64,000 nt of DNA from a virus. This document shows, one piece after another, positions 18,037-28,113 of the stretch. How positions within the stretch are numbered: the first letter of the stretch is position 1; the number at the start of each line of letters is the position of its first letter. The DNA lies in IMG/VR virus record IMGVR_UViG_3300042868_010462, positions 83,875 to 147,874 of that record, one strand, 5' to 3'. Position numbers and translations under genes: made by a program. Under the pieces are notes generated by a model that was not told the DNA's origin, did not search any database, and saw nothing but the letters and a program-made list of their open reading frames with translations.

Positions 18037-19503
18037 TTAAATTTTATTAAGTTGATTTTGTATTTCCTGAGAATTAGGAATATTTTTTGTTTTTAGTAAT
18101 TCAGCTATTTTTTTCGCTGTCAATCTATCCATTTTACCAATTGAGGTTGTTAATCCATTATCTGTTTGGAATTTTTTTAATTGTTCTTGTGTTTCAGCAC
18201 CAAATTTTCCATCCGCACCAAATCTAGCTAACTTATATCCTAACAATTGTAACCCATCTTGGAATGTTTTTACATTCCCTTGAATAGTGTAAGCACCAGT
18301 ATCACCTTCAAATTCAGCAACCTCTTCACCCATAAATGCTAATGATTCTGCAGATGTTTGGTCAGGGTTAGCATCAGGTATACTATTTAGTATATCATAA
18401 TTTATATCACTACCATCACTATTTAACAAATCAGCAGTTCTTTTGACAAAAAATGGAACTGCAACAGAATACCCTCTTCTACTCCAAGGTGCTCCAATGG
18501 CATCTTTCGTAAATTTCTCGATAGACATTTCTGCGGGTATTTTTTCACCATTTTTTGAAATATAAGTAACAAGTACTTTAGAATCGGTGACATTATCAAT
18601 CATTATTTTGTCCGTTTTGAAGGCAGCACCTTTTAAACGATAAGTTTTACCAGGAACAAACCCCAACTTCCTCAAAAAAAGAGGACCACTTTTTATTTTT
18701 GGTAATTTTTTAAAGAAGTTTTGCAACCTAACTTTAAGTTGTTTACTTAATGTTAGTTGTCCTAGTTCTTTTGCTGTTGTTTTCAACAAACCAGGTTTTT
18801 TAACAACATCATCGGCAGTGGCTTTAACTCCAGGTGTTTTTGTACCTTTAGCTTTTGCCAAAACACCATCAAAAATAGTTTTTACTCTATCGTAAAATTT
18901 TTGAATATACTTGGATATATTATCTCCATGTTTACCTAAAATATTTCTAGCTAACTTTGATTGTAATGCTTTTTGAAGTAAATTTTTTATACCACCAAGA
19001 ATTGTTCCTAAATTTTTTCCAATAATTTCTAACGCGCCCAAAACAGCCTTTGAAGCAAATCCTCTACCTGTTTTTATTGCATTTTTTAAAACTGGGGCAA
19101 CAGCTTGTAGTGGACCGGGTAATATTACAAAAGCAAAAGTTATTGCTGCCATAGTGTATAGTGAATCTCTCTCCTCAGCAGGTTTAAATTGAGCTTCTAT
19201 AATGTAACTGAGGGCATTCAAAGCATCTACGATAGCTCCTGAACCGGGAATTACGAAGTCCATTCCAGCAGACAATAAATCAGCCCCTGTATGAAGAATA
19301 TCACTGATACTCCAACCTTCCATAATTGGAACTTCTTCACCTGTTTGACAAGAATATATTTTGTTTTCATACATAATATATTTTCCATCAGGTGTGTACT
19401 TACACTCTAACAATTTTTGTAAAGGTCTTACCTCATCCTTTACGATACCATATAAATTTAAAATATGACTTCTATCTGATTCAGAAATTATAAACTTTTG
19501 CAT
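18037..19503 (-). CDS. protein with hydrophobic hairpin and C-terminal peptidoglycan-binding domain
   Basis: VKTFQDGLQLLGY...GADGKFGAETQEQLKKFQ. Confidence 0.8.
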   Translation of the reverse strand: MQKFIISESDRSHILNLYGIVKDEVRPLQKLLECKYTPDGKYIMYENKIYSCQTGEEVPIMEGWSISDILHTGADLLSAGMDFVIPGSGAIVDALNALSYIIEAQFKPAEERDSLYTMAAITFAFVILPGPLQAVAPVLKNAIKTGRGFASKAVLGALEIIGKNLGTILGGIKNLLQKALQSKLARNILGKHGDNISKYIQKFYDRVKTIFDGVLAKAKGTKTPGVKATADDVVKKPGLLKTTAKELGQLTLSKQLKVRLQNFFKKLPKIKSGPLFLRKLGFVPGKTYRLKGAAFKTDKIMIDNVTDSKVLVTYISKNGEKIPAEMSIEKFTKDAIGAPWSRRGYSVAVPFFVKRTADLLNSDGSDINYDILNSIPDANPDQTSAESLAFMGEEVAEFEGDTGAYTIQGNVKTFQDGLQLLGYKLARFGADGKFGAETQEQLKKFQTDNGLTTSIGKMDRLTAKKIAELLKTKNIPNSQEIQNQLNKI

Positions 19504-19544
19504 ATTGTTTTTTTTTAATAAATACTATAAACTATTTTGTTTAA

Positions 19545-19841
19545 TCAAATGTTATCCAATAATTGTTTTTTTGTTATGGTATAACTTTCTTCTATTTTTT
19601 TCTTTTTCTTTTTTTTGTTAAAATCTTTTTCATACATCCACTTATCAGCATCTTCTAATAAATTATAAGTTCTGCCATTATCCCATTTGACATTATATTG
19701 TTTGTGTCCAAACACAACTACATATGGATTATTAAACTTATCTATAGGAACAACAACACCTCCTTCGTAAGTCATATTTGGTTCACCTTCCATAGTTAGT
19801 AGAATAACTCTATCACCAACCTTTAATTCTGGATTAATCAT
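19545..19841 (-). CDS. hypothetical protein
   Basis: ORF track. Confidence 0.65.
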   Translation of the reverse strand: MINPELKVGDRVILLTMEGEPNMTYEGGVVVPIDKFNNPYVVVFGHKQYNVKWDNGRTYNLLEDADKWMYEKDFNKKKKKKKIEESYTITKKQLLDNI

Positions 19842-19884
19842 AATTTTAGTTTTGTATATAAATATTTATACAATATTTATTATT

Positions 19885-20508
19885 ATGAAAATTATAATCA
19901 CCGAACAACAAAAAAGAATAATTATCACTGAAAGTACTGGTGAGGAACTTGGTAATTTAATCAAACAAAATACTGAAAGGGTAAAAAAAATTGTAAATGA
20001 AGCTCAAGACCAAATTGGTATGAACTTACAATTTTTATTAACTTGGGGTGCTGGTATTGGTGGTTTTATGGGTCCTGTTGAAGATTTCGTAAGAGGAAAA
20101 TATCCTGAGATTGATGAGAACGAGTTAGTTTTAATTTTGATTGGTATAATTGCAACATATTTTATAGACAACAAAAAAATTGTTACAAAAATCTATACAA
20201 AAATACAAGAGGATGGTTTGAGTGGGATTTTTGATAGAATATTGAAAAAAACTGATACATTCACAAATACATTTATCAATTTTATTGATAGCTTGGGTTT
20301 AACTTTCCACAAAATAACAAATATGTTAAGCTATACTTTTATTATCCCAATATTACCTATGATATATCAAATGGTTGAAGATGGAAGTACTGAAAATGTG
20401 GATTTGAAACAATTAGCTATCAGAATTATTAGTTTTACAGGTTTAACACTTTCAGGTATCATCTTCAAAGAATTATTATCCAAATTAGTTAAAAGATTCA
20501 AATCATAA
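19885..20508 (+). CDS. membrane protein with MKIIITEQQ leader
   Basis: Start adjusted to the shared leader motif. Confidence 0.75.
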   Translation: MKIIITEQQKRIIITESTGEELGNLIKQNTERVKKIVNEAQDQIGMNLQFLLTWGAGIGGFMGPVEDFVRGKYPEIDENELVLILIGIIATYFIDNKKIVTKIYTKIQEDGLSGIFDRILKKTDTFTNTFINFIDSLGLTFHKITNMLSYTFIIPILPMIYQMVEDGSTENVDLKQLAIRIISFTGLTLSGIIFKELLSKLVKRFKS

Positions 20509-20560
20509 TATTTGAGTTTTCAAGATTTATATTTTATCCTTAAATCAAAAAGGATAAATT

Positions 20561-21586
20561 ATGCAAAAATTCGACTTTAAGGACATTACACTAGTTCCTG
20601 AAACAATTTCCACAATATCATCAAGAAGTGAAATTAATATTTTCACACCAGAGGGGTCTCTCCCAATCATAGTTAGTCCAATGGACACTGTAGTTAACAA
20701 AGAAAATTACGAAATATTCCTAGATGAAAACCTTGAGGTATGTTTACCTAGAGGTGAAAGGCCATACTACGACAATACATTTTGGTCAATTTCTTTATCA
20801 GACTTTGAATTAATGATACATAAACATAAAACTTATGGTACTATGGTTCATCAAAAAAGGATATTGGTTGATATTGCAAATGGTCATATGTCAAAACTAT
20901 ATGACTTGTGTAAGTATTTCACTGAAAATATGAAAAGTACAAACCAATTAATGATTGGAAATATTGCAAATCCTAATACATACGAGTTATTTGCCGAACT
21001 TGGTGTCGATTATATTAGAGTTGGTATTGGTGGTGGTTCAGGATGTTTAACTTCAGCAAATACTGGTGTGCATTATCCAATGGCTTCTTTAATATCAGAG
21101 TGTTATAACATCAAAAAGAAAAGAGGTTATACAACAAATATTGTTGCTGATGGTGGATTTAGAAACTATGATGATATTATCAAAGCATTAGCCCTTGGTG
21201 CCGATTATGTGATGTTAGGTGGAGTATTAAACAAAACATTGGAATCTTGTTCTCCTGTTTATTTAGGTAAACTCATTCCATTAAATGAAAATACCTCCAA
21301 ATATGTTTGGAATAATTTCAAATTCCTTAGAAAGTTTATGTATAAGAAATTTAGAGGAATGAGTACAAAAGAAGTACAAAGAAAGTGGGGTAAAAATAAG
21401 TTGATTACATCTGAGGGTATTACGAAATACAATAAGGTAGAATATACATTAGATAAATGGATTGAAAATCTTGTAGACTATCTAAAATCAGCAATGTCTT
21501 ATACTAATTCAAAAACACTTGAGGAGCTCAAAGAAACCGAATATGTGTTTATAACAGAAAATGCTTTGAAAAGATTTAATAAGTAA
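20561..21586 (+). CDS. IMP dehydrogenase / GMP reductase family enzyme
   Basis: SPMDTV, DIANGH, RVGIGGGSGCLT, ADGG, KALALGADYVMLG, FRGMS. Confidence 0.9.
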   Translation: MQKFDFKDITLVPETISTISSRSEINIFTPEGSLPIIVSPMDTVVNKENYEIFLDENLEVCLPRGERPYYDNTFWSISLSDFELMIHKHKTYGTMVHQKRILVDIANGHMSKLYDLCKYFTENMKSTNQLMIGNIANPNTYELFAELGVDYIRVGIGGGSGCLTSANTGVHYPMASLISECYNIKKKRGYTTNIVADGGFRNYDDIIKALALGADYVMLGGVLNKTLESCSPVYLGKLIPLNENTSKYVWNNFKFLRKFMYKKFRGMSTKEVQRKWGKNKLITSEGITKYNKVEYTLDKWIENLVDYLKSAMSYTNSKTLEELKETEYVFITENALKRFNK

Positions 21587-21588
21587 TA

Positions 21589-21864
21589 TCAAACAAAGGT
21601 AATCAGGACTTTTAATTCTTGATTACCTTTTATTACTCTATGATATACACCTTCAGGTATATAATACTTTTCACCAATAACTAATTTTTTAGGGAATTCG
21701 TTGTCCATTTGTAAAAACCAATCATCCCCATCCAATATTTCAACTAATCTATTTTCCCTATCACGATGCCATTTTAATTCCTCATCGTCAACATCAGGTG
21801 AAAATGTTCTTAATCGTTTATTACCAATTATTTCTTGTTCGAAAGGTAGTTTTTCCATTACCAA
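21589..21864 (-). CDS. cupin-like protein
   Basis: WHRD..R...IPEGVYHRV. Confidence 0.7.
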   Translation of the reverse strand: MVMEKLPFEQEIIGNKRLRTFSPDVDDEELKWHRDRENRLVEILDGDDWFLQMDNEFPKKLVIGEKYYIPEGVYHRVIKGNQELKVLITFV

Positions 21865-22484
21865 CTAGCACTTGACTTTAAACCCAATTTTTTTGCGTGT
21901 CGACCAACATTACAACTCCAATAACCAGCAGTTGTTCTATCTTTCTTTTGGTCACACTTATGTCTTGCTCTAAATGATTTTGCTGCTTTTGGATTTCTAT
22001 TTCTCACCTTTAGGTTGGGGTCACCAAATGTTACTTTCTTGATTGTTCCTTTTGGTGTTTTAACATATACCGCAAACTTTTTAGGTCCTCCTGGTGTTCT
22101 AAATGGTGAATTAAGTTTAACATTTTTTCCGTGATGTTTTGCTTCAAACAATAATTCTTCAACTTCCTCTTCATACATTGGAGCATCTAACCATACCTCA
22201 TCCCCATTTTCTAATAAAACTTTTTTACCTAAATCTGACTCAACCAACCAAGTGTCCTCTTCATTCAATTCTATTTTACCATCATAATATAAGTTTCTTA
22301 CCTCATTAATTAACTTAAAATATTTCTCAGAGTATATTCTAAAAATATTTTCATTCAATGGAATCTTATTTTCCAAATGATATTTTAAATCCTCAGAAAT
22401 CATACAATGTTCAGTCAATTTCATTACCGGATTTAGTGATTCTCTTAGAACTTTCTTTATTAAGTTATCTAACTTGGTACTCAT
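21858..22484 (-). CDS. hypothetical phage protein with basic C-terminal domain
   Basis: KKFAVYV...FGDP...SFRARHKC...YWSC. Confidence 0.75.
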   Translation of the reverse strand: MSTKLDNLIKKVLRESLNPVMKLTEHCMISEDLKYHLENKIPLNENIFRIYSEKYFKLINEVRNLYYDGKIELNEEDTWLVESDLGKKVLLENGDEVWLDAPMYEEEVEELLFEAKHHGKNVKLNSPFRTPGGPKKFAVYVKTPKGTIKKVTFGDPNLKVRNRNPKAAKSFRARHKCDQKKDRTTAGYWSCNVGRHAKKLGLKSSASW

Positions 22485-22829
22485 ATATTTTGTTTTTAAA
22501 ATAAATATCCTTATATTAGTAATGATATTTTATAATCACAATTAATAAATGACTATGTTACTAATTTTATTTTTAATCGTTCATACCTTTATAAGAATAT
22601 ACATTTTTGCTAAAGTATTTTATCTAATGTGTATGACTTATTATTATCCCGAAACATATCCTATTTCATTATTAACTTGGTGGATTTATTTTTTAATTTT
22701 TGATATATGGATTGACCATTTATTGAATAACAAAAAAATAGAAAAAGTAATAGAAAAAAAAGATGAGTCCATCGATTGAGGGATTTTTTTATTTTGTTAA
22801 TCTTGTTATATTTATAAAGAAAAAAGTTT

Positions 22830-23357
22830 ATGAAAGGTTACAATATAAAAGAATCTAATATACGTAAAGTTATCCGACAAAAATTAATGGAACAAATGGA
22901 AACGTCTGAACCAAAGGAAGAAAAAAAAGTTAGATGTGTTCCTGAAAATATTATGCCATTGGAGGAAATTGTAGGAAATGCTGGAGAGTATGTAACATAC
23001 GCACCTGGTGTTACAAAAAGAAAAATGGGAGTTAATTCTATGGTAGATACTTTAGGTATTTTGAATAATTTAAGATTATTCAAAGACATCAAAGATGGTG
23101 GTTCTCACTTAGCTTACGATATGATGCACCATTTAAATAAGTTCAGAAACAAAAATTATTACGATGAAACAACAGGTGGTTGTAATAAAGCTATGGACAA
23201 AATTATTGAATTATACAAAGAAAACGAACACGGAACTGAACTTGTTAAAGATATTGAGAGAGTTTTAAATCTTCAAACTAAAGATGATGAATTAACTCCA
23301 TCACCAAGAGCGAAAGAATACCTGAAAAGAGCTTTGGCTTTAGTTAAAGGTGAATAA
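22830..23357 (+). CDS. hypothetical protein
   Basis: TATTTATA at 22809-22816. Confidence 0.75.
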   Translation: MKGYNIKESNIRKVIRQKLMEQMETSEPKEEKKVRCVPENIMPLEEIVGNAGEYVTYAPGVTKRKMGVNSMVDTLGILNNLRLFKDIKDGGSHLAYDMMHHLNKFRNKNYYDETTGGCNKAMDKIIELYKENEHGTELVKDIERVLNLQTKDDELTPSPRAKEYLKRALALVKGE

Positions 23358-23468
23358 TCTAACCTCTTAGGAGGACTATTAGGACCGTTTGCTGTTACGG
23401 CAACAAAAAAAGAGGACATCGCTACGTCCTCTTTTTCTTTTATATCCTATTTATTAAGAAAATTTACT

Positions 23469-23765
23469 ATGAAAAACAAACTATTTTTCGGATGGGAAAA
23501 TATTAAATGGTTAATTAGAGAAGTTACTAATATGTATTCATCTAAAGAATCATTTTTTTCCAAAAAAAGGATTGAGTCCGGAATCGCTTTCATCATTGCA
23601 CAATGGGGAATGATTTTCTTTTTATTAGAAAAACATTCAGTTCTAACAATGACTGATTTGATTATGTGGGCAGGTGTTGAGTTTGCAATCTCAGGTTATA
23701 TTATTCACCAAATCCAAAAAGAAAAGAAAACTGAAGAACAAAAAGAAGAAACCCCCAACGAATAG
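23469..23765 (+). CDS. small 2-TM membrane protein (holin-like)
   Basis: Two hydrophobic helices, charged tail. Confidence 0.55.
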   Translation: MKNKLFFGWENIKWLIREVTNMYSSKESFFSKKRIESGIAFIIAQWGMIFFLLEKHSVLTMTDLIMWAGVEFAISGYIIHQIQKEKKTEEQKEETPNE

Positions 23766-23781
23766 TCAGGGGTTTTTTGTT

Positions 23782-25647
23782 TTACTTTACTTCTTCAAAC
23801 TCTACATCTGAACCTGTAAAACCATCAGTGTTTTCAGTTTGTTCACTCACATTACTATAAAGTTCTTGGGTAATTTTTTGCATAATTGAATTAACATTAT
23901 CTAACGCAGGGTCAATTTTTTCAATTTCACCAGTGTTTTTAGCCTCTTTTAATTCCTCCAAACCTTTTTTAACTTCTTCTTTGTGTTCATCAGAGATTTT
24001 TTCATCCAAATCCTTCAAAGTTTTCTCAATATTAAAGATTGTACTATCAGCCTCATTGATTTTTTCAGCTTTTTCTTTAGCTAATTTATCACTTTCAGCA
24101 TTTTCCTCAGCTTCTCTCTTCATTCTGTCGATTTCTTCTTGTGAAAGTCCAGATGATGACTCAATTCTAATCGTTTGTTGTTTGTTTGTTCCCTTGTCTA
24201 AGGCCGAAACATTGATAATACCATTTGCATCGATGTCAAAAGTAACTTCGATTTGAGGAATACCTCTCATTGATGGTGGAATACCATCTAAATGGAATCT
24301 ACCAATAGTTCTGTTGTCTTTTGCCATTGGTCTTTCACCTTGTATTACGTGAATTTCAACAGAAGGTTGATTATCTACCGCAGTTGAGAAGATTTGTGAC
24401 TTTTTGGTTGGAATTGTTGTATTTGCTTCGATTAATCTTGTCATTACACCACCCATTGTCTCAATTCCTAATGAAAGTGGGGTAACATCCAATAAAAGAA
24501 CATCTTTTACATCACCAGCTAATACACCACCTTGAATCGCAGCACCCAAAGCAACAACTTCGTCAGGATTTACACCTTTTGACGCTTCTTTTCCGAAAAA
24601 CTTCTTAACTGCTTCTTGAATTGCAGGGATTCTAGTAGAACCACCAACCAAAATAACCTCATCAATGTCATTAATTGTCAATCCAGCGTTTTTAAGAGCT
24701 GATTTACAAGGTGCAATCGTTCTTTCAACCAATTTATCAATAATTTGTTCAAACTTTGCTCTTGTAAGTGTTTTTACAAGGTGTTTTGGTTGATTATCAA
24801 TTACCATAAAGTAAGGTAAGTTAATTTCAGTACTTTGAGATGAAGATAATTCAATTTTTGCCTTCTCAGCTGCCTCTCTTAACCTTTGGATTGCCATAGA
24901 ATCATCATTCCAAGCACCATTGTTCTCATTTTTGAACTCGTTTTTTAACCAATCAGAAATAGCATTGTCAAAGTCATCACCACCTAAGTGTGTATCACCA
25001 TCGGTTGATAATACTTCAAATACACCACCACCTAATTCTAGTACAGATACATCGTGTGTACCCCCACCACAGTCAAAAACAACGATTTTAGAGTCCTTGT
25101 TTTTCTTATCAAGACCATAAGCAAGAGCAGCTGCAGTTGGTTCATTGATAATTCTCTTAACTTTCAGACCCGCAATCTCACCAGCTTCTTTTGTTGCTTG
25201 TCTTTGAGCATCATTGAAGTAAGCAGGAACTGTGATAACGGCTTCAGTTACTTCTTGACCCAAATAATCTTCAGCAGTTTGTTTCATTTTCTGTAACACC
25301 ATTGCTGAGATTTCTTGAGGTGAGAATTGTTTATCATCAATCTCTACTCTTGGGGTGTTGTTTTTCCCTTTTACGACCTTATAAGGAACTCTCTTAACCT
25401 CTGACTTGGTTTCGTCATAATTTGAGCCCATAAAGCGTTTGATTGAATAAATTGTTTTGTCAGGATTGGTTACAGCTTGTCTTTTTGCTGGGTCTCCAAT
25501 CTTTCTTTCACCATTGTCAACAAATCCAATGATTGAAGGGGTTGTTCTTTTACCTTCATTGTTTGTTATTACAATTGGTTCTCCATTTTCCATTACGGCT
25601 ACACACGAGTTTGTAGTCCCTAAATCGATTCCAATAATTTTACTCAT
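23782..25647 (-). CDS. dnaK: molecular chaperone DnaK (Hsp70)
   Basis: [47 protein letters not shown]. Confidence 0.98.
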   Translation of the reverse strand: MSKIIGIDLGTTNSCVAVMENGEPIVITNNEGKRTTPSIIGFVDNGERKIGDPAKRQAVTNPDKTIYSIKRFMGSNYDETKSEVKRVPYKVVKGKNNTPRVEIDDKQFSPQEISAMVLQKMKQTAEDYLGQEVTEAVITVPAYFNDAQRQATKEAGEIAGLKVKRIINEPTAAALAYGLDKKNKDSKIVVFDCGGGTHDVSVLELGGGVFEVLSTDGDTHLGGDDFDNAISDWLKNEFKNENNGAWNDDSMAIQRLREAAEKAKIELSSSQSTEINLPYFMVIDNQPKHLVKTLTRAKFEQIIDKLVERTIAPCKSALKNAGLTINDIDEVILVGGSTRIPAIQEAVKKFFGKEASKGVNPDEVVALGAAIQGGVLAGDVKDVLLLDVTPLSLGIETMGGVMTRLIEANTTIPTKKSQIFSTAVDNQPSVEIHVIQGERPMAKDNRTIGRFHLDGIPPSMRGIPQIEVTFDIDANGIINVSALDKGTNKQQTIRIESSSGLSQEEIDRMKREAEENAESDKLAKEKAEKINEADSTIFNIEKTLKDLDEKISDEHKEEVKKGLEELKEAKNTGEIEKIDPALDNVNSIMQKITQELYSNVSEQTENTDGFTGSDVEFEEVK

Positions 25648-25852
25648 ATTTTGTTCGTTTTTGTTTGAATTATATTGTTTATTTTTTATGTAGTCAATTC
25701 TACTCACAAACATTTGTTATAAAAAATTAATCCAAACCTTTTTAACCTGACAAATTGTCAGTTTTAATGACAAAACATAATTTTTTTTATTATTTTTATA
25801 AAAAAATTGATTTTTCTAAAATCTTATCGTATTTATTCCTAAAAGAAAAAAA

Positions 25853-25923
25853 ATGGACATCAATCTAAACAACATATACAATTTTTAATTCATAACCCCC
25901 TTATTATTAGGGGGCTTTTTTTT
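25853..25923 (+). promoter_or_regulatory. Asn-rich leader peptide (MDINLNNIYNF) plus terminator: putative attenuator
   Basis: ORF 25853-25888; CCCCCT/AGGGGG hairpin 25896-25914 followed by T-run. Confidence 0.65.
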
Positions 25924-25953
25924 ATAAACCAATAAACAAAATTAATAACAAAA

Positions 25954-26787
25954 ATGAAAAACACACAAATCTACAACGAGTTAGTACAAAAGATGAGAAA
26001 CTTTTTCCAAGCCAAAGGTTTCTTGGAGGTTCCAACACAATCTAGACTTTCAATCCTTGCCGCTTGTGAAAATCCACATAGCATCACAAAATTTGAATAT
26101 TCAGGTGAAATTTGGCCTTTACCACAAACAGGTCAAATGTGGTTGGAATATGAATTACTTCTAAATCCTGAATTTCCTGGTGTATATTGTATCTCCACAT
26201 CATACAGACAAGAAGCAAACCCAATCCCTGGTCGTCACGACTTAATCTTCCCTATGTTCGAAGTTGAAACAAAAGGAACTAAAGAAGATATGGTTAAACT
26301 TCAAGCGGAAATGTTAGAATATTTGGGATTTGATATTCCAATAGTTGTAGATTATAATGAACTTTGTGAAAAATACGGAACTGAAATCCTTGAAGCTGAA
26401 CACGAAACAAAAATGTGGAATGAAATCGGTGATTCTATCTCACTTCAAAACTTCCCATTGAGAACAAATCCTTTTTGGAATATGCAAAAGGGTGAAGGTG
26501 ACAAATTCCAAAAGGTTGATGTTATCCTTTTCGGTCAAGAAACAATCGGTTCTGCTGAAAGAAGTTGTGATAAAGAAAGTATGAAAGAAATGTTCTACAC
26601 AATCGAAGGTGGGAACTACTCAGCAAAACTTTTTGAATTATTTGGTAAGGAAAGAGTAGAAAAAGAATTGGAACATTTCTTATCTTTGGATTTCTTCCCA
26701 AGATTTGGATGGGGTTGTGGCCTTACAAGATTGGCAAGAGCTTATGAATTGAATCTTACAAAAAAACTTACTGAAGCAATCATTTAA
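25954..26787 (+). CDS. class IIb aaRS catalytic-core paralog lacking anticodon-binding domain (candidate asparagine synthetase)
   Basis: Motif 1 FFQAKGFLEVPT, motif 2 YRQE...RH...F.MFE.E, motif 3 GWGCGLTRL; 277 aa only. Confidence 0.8.
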   Translation: MKNTQIYNELVQKMRNFFQAKGFLEVPTQSRLSILAACENPHSITKFEYSGEIWPLPQTGQMWLEYELLLNPEFPGVYCISTSYRQEANPIPGRHDLIFPMFEVETKGTKEDMVKLQAEMLEYLGFDIPIVVDYNELCEKYGTEILEAEHETKMWNEIGDSISLQNFPLRTNPFWNMQKGEGDKFQKVDVILFGQETIGSAERSCDKESMKEMFYTIEGGNYSAKLFELFGKERVEKELEHFLSLDFFPRFGWGCGLTRLARAYELNLTKKLTEAII

Positions 26788-26987
26788 TTATGGCGAAAAA
26801 ACTAAACCCTGAACCTCAAATGACACAAGATACCAAATCAGAAGTTGTTATAGACCACGGAGATATCATCCAAATATGGAAATATGACAAAAAATTGGGT
26901 AGAAATGCCTATGAAGTGGAAAATGTTTATAAAGGGGAAGCTAAGTTTAGTAAATTAAAAAAGGGGTCGAAATAGACCCCCTTTTTT

Positions 26988-27665
26988 TTATTCTTTTTCC
27001 TCTTTTCCTGAGTATTTAACCCCCATTATTGTACCGATTATACTAAATGCGTTAGTTAATAATATACCTAACATATTTGACCAAGTAGAACCAATCATTT
27101 GTGTATCTTTGTTTATTACTAAAGCCAAAATATACATAAATGTGGTTATAATACCGATAGATATAATAACACCTAATGCAATTCTCACGATGTTACCAAT
27201 TAATTCGGTTTGTTTTTTCTTTTGTAGAACATCCAAATCATTAACCGCTGCAGTTTTGGCTTCTTCTGCTTGGATTCTTGCTAATTCTGACTTGGCCATC
27301 TCTTGTTGAAGTTCCACACTCATTCTTTGGTTGTCTTGTTGCCAAGCAAGTAACTCTCTATTTTGAACTTCGAAAGTCATTTTTGCCTCCTCAACCTCTT
27401 TCAAAGAAACTTGGAGTTCATCCATTATTCTTTGATTTTCAGTATTGAGTTCAATTAGTTCTTTGTTCTTTTCCTGAACTTGTTTTGTTATTTCTAACCT
27501 TTTTTTTCTTGTTTCTTTATCTTTATCCTTACAATTCTCAACATATTTAGCAAAATCAGGGTCATCTGAAGAGTCAATAATCTTCAAAATATTACCTTCT
27601 AAACCAATATTTTTCTTTTCGAGTAATTCTATTAACTCTTGTTTTGTTTCCTTATTAAATTTCAT
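26988..27665 (-). CDS. coiled-coil protein with two C-terminal TM helices
   Basis: Coupled to the response regulator gene. Confidence 0.75.
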   Translation of the reverse strand: MKFNKETKQELIELLEKKNIGLEGNILKIIDSSDDPDFAKYVENCKDKDKETRKKRLEITKQVQEKNKELIELNTENQRIMDELQVSLKEVEEAKMTFEVQNRELLAWQQDNQRMSVELQQEMAKSELARIQAEEAKTAAVNDLDVLQKKKQTELIGNIVRIALGVIISIGIITTFMYILALVINKDTQMIGSTWSNMLGILLTNAFSIIGTIMGVKYSGKEEKE

Positions 27666-28099
27666 TATTTATACACCTTAAATGAGGCAGTTCTTTTTTT
27701 ATAGCCTTCATAATCTTTTTTGAATTCTTCTAATCTAGGTTCGATATCATCAGATTTTATAATCCAAAATTGTGCGCCAGCTTGAACAGCTTTAGCTTGT
27801 TCTTCAGGTTCATTAGATGAGGATATAATCCCTATAACCACATTATTACCATACTCAAAGTTAATCTTTCTAATCAATTCTATACCATCAAAGGAAGAAC
27901 CAATTATATTTAAATCAACAAATACACACTCAGGTCTATCTGAATAATCACCACCCAACCATTTTTGAAAAAGTTTAGCGGCTTCATCAGAACTATTCAA
28001 TGATTTTAGTGATAAACTAATATCTAATAAAGAACAAGCGTCTTCAAAAACTAAATGGAACAAGTCCTCATCATCTACCAACATTAACGAATCAATCAT
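27665..28099 (-). CDS. single-domain response regulator
   Basis: LVDDED, VFVDLNI, ISSS, GAQFWIIK. Confidence 0.9.
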   Translation of the reverse strand: MIDSLMLVDDEDLFHLVFEDACSLLDISLSLKSLNSSDEAAKLFQKWLGGDYSDRPECVFVDLNIIGSSFDGIELIRKINFEYGNNVVIGIISSSNEPEEQAKAVQAGAQFWIIKSDDIEPRLEEFKKDYEGYKKRTASFKVYK

Positions 28100-28113
28100 T
28101 TTTTGTTTTTTTT

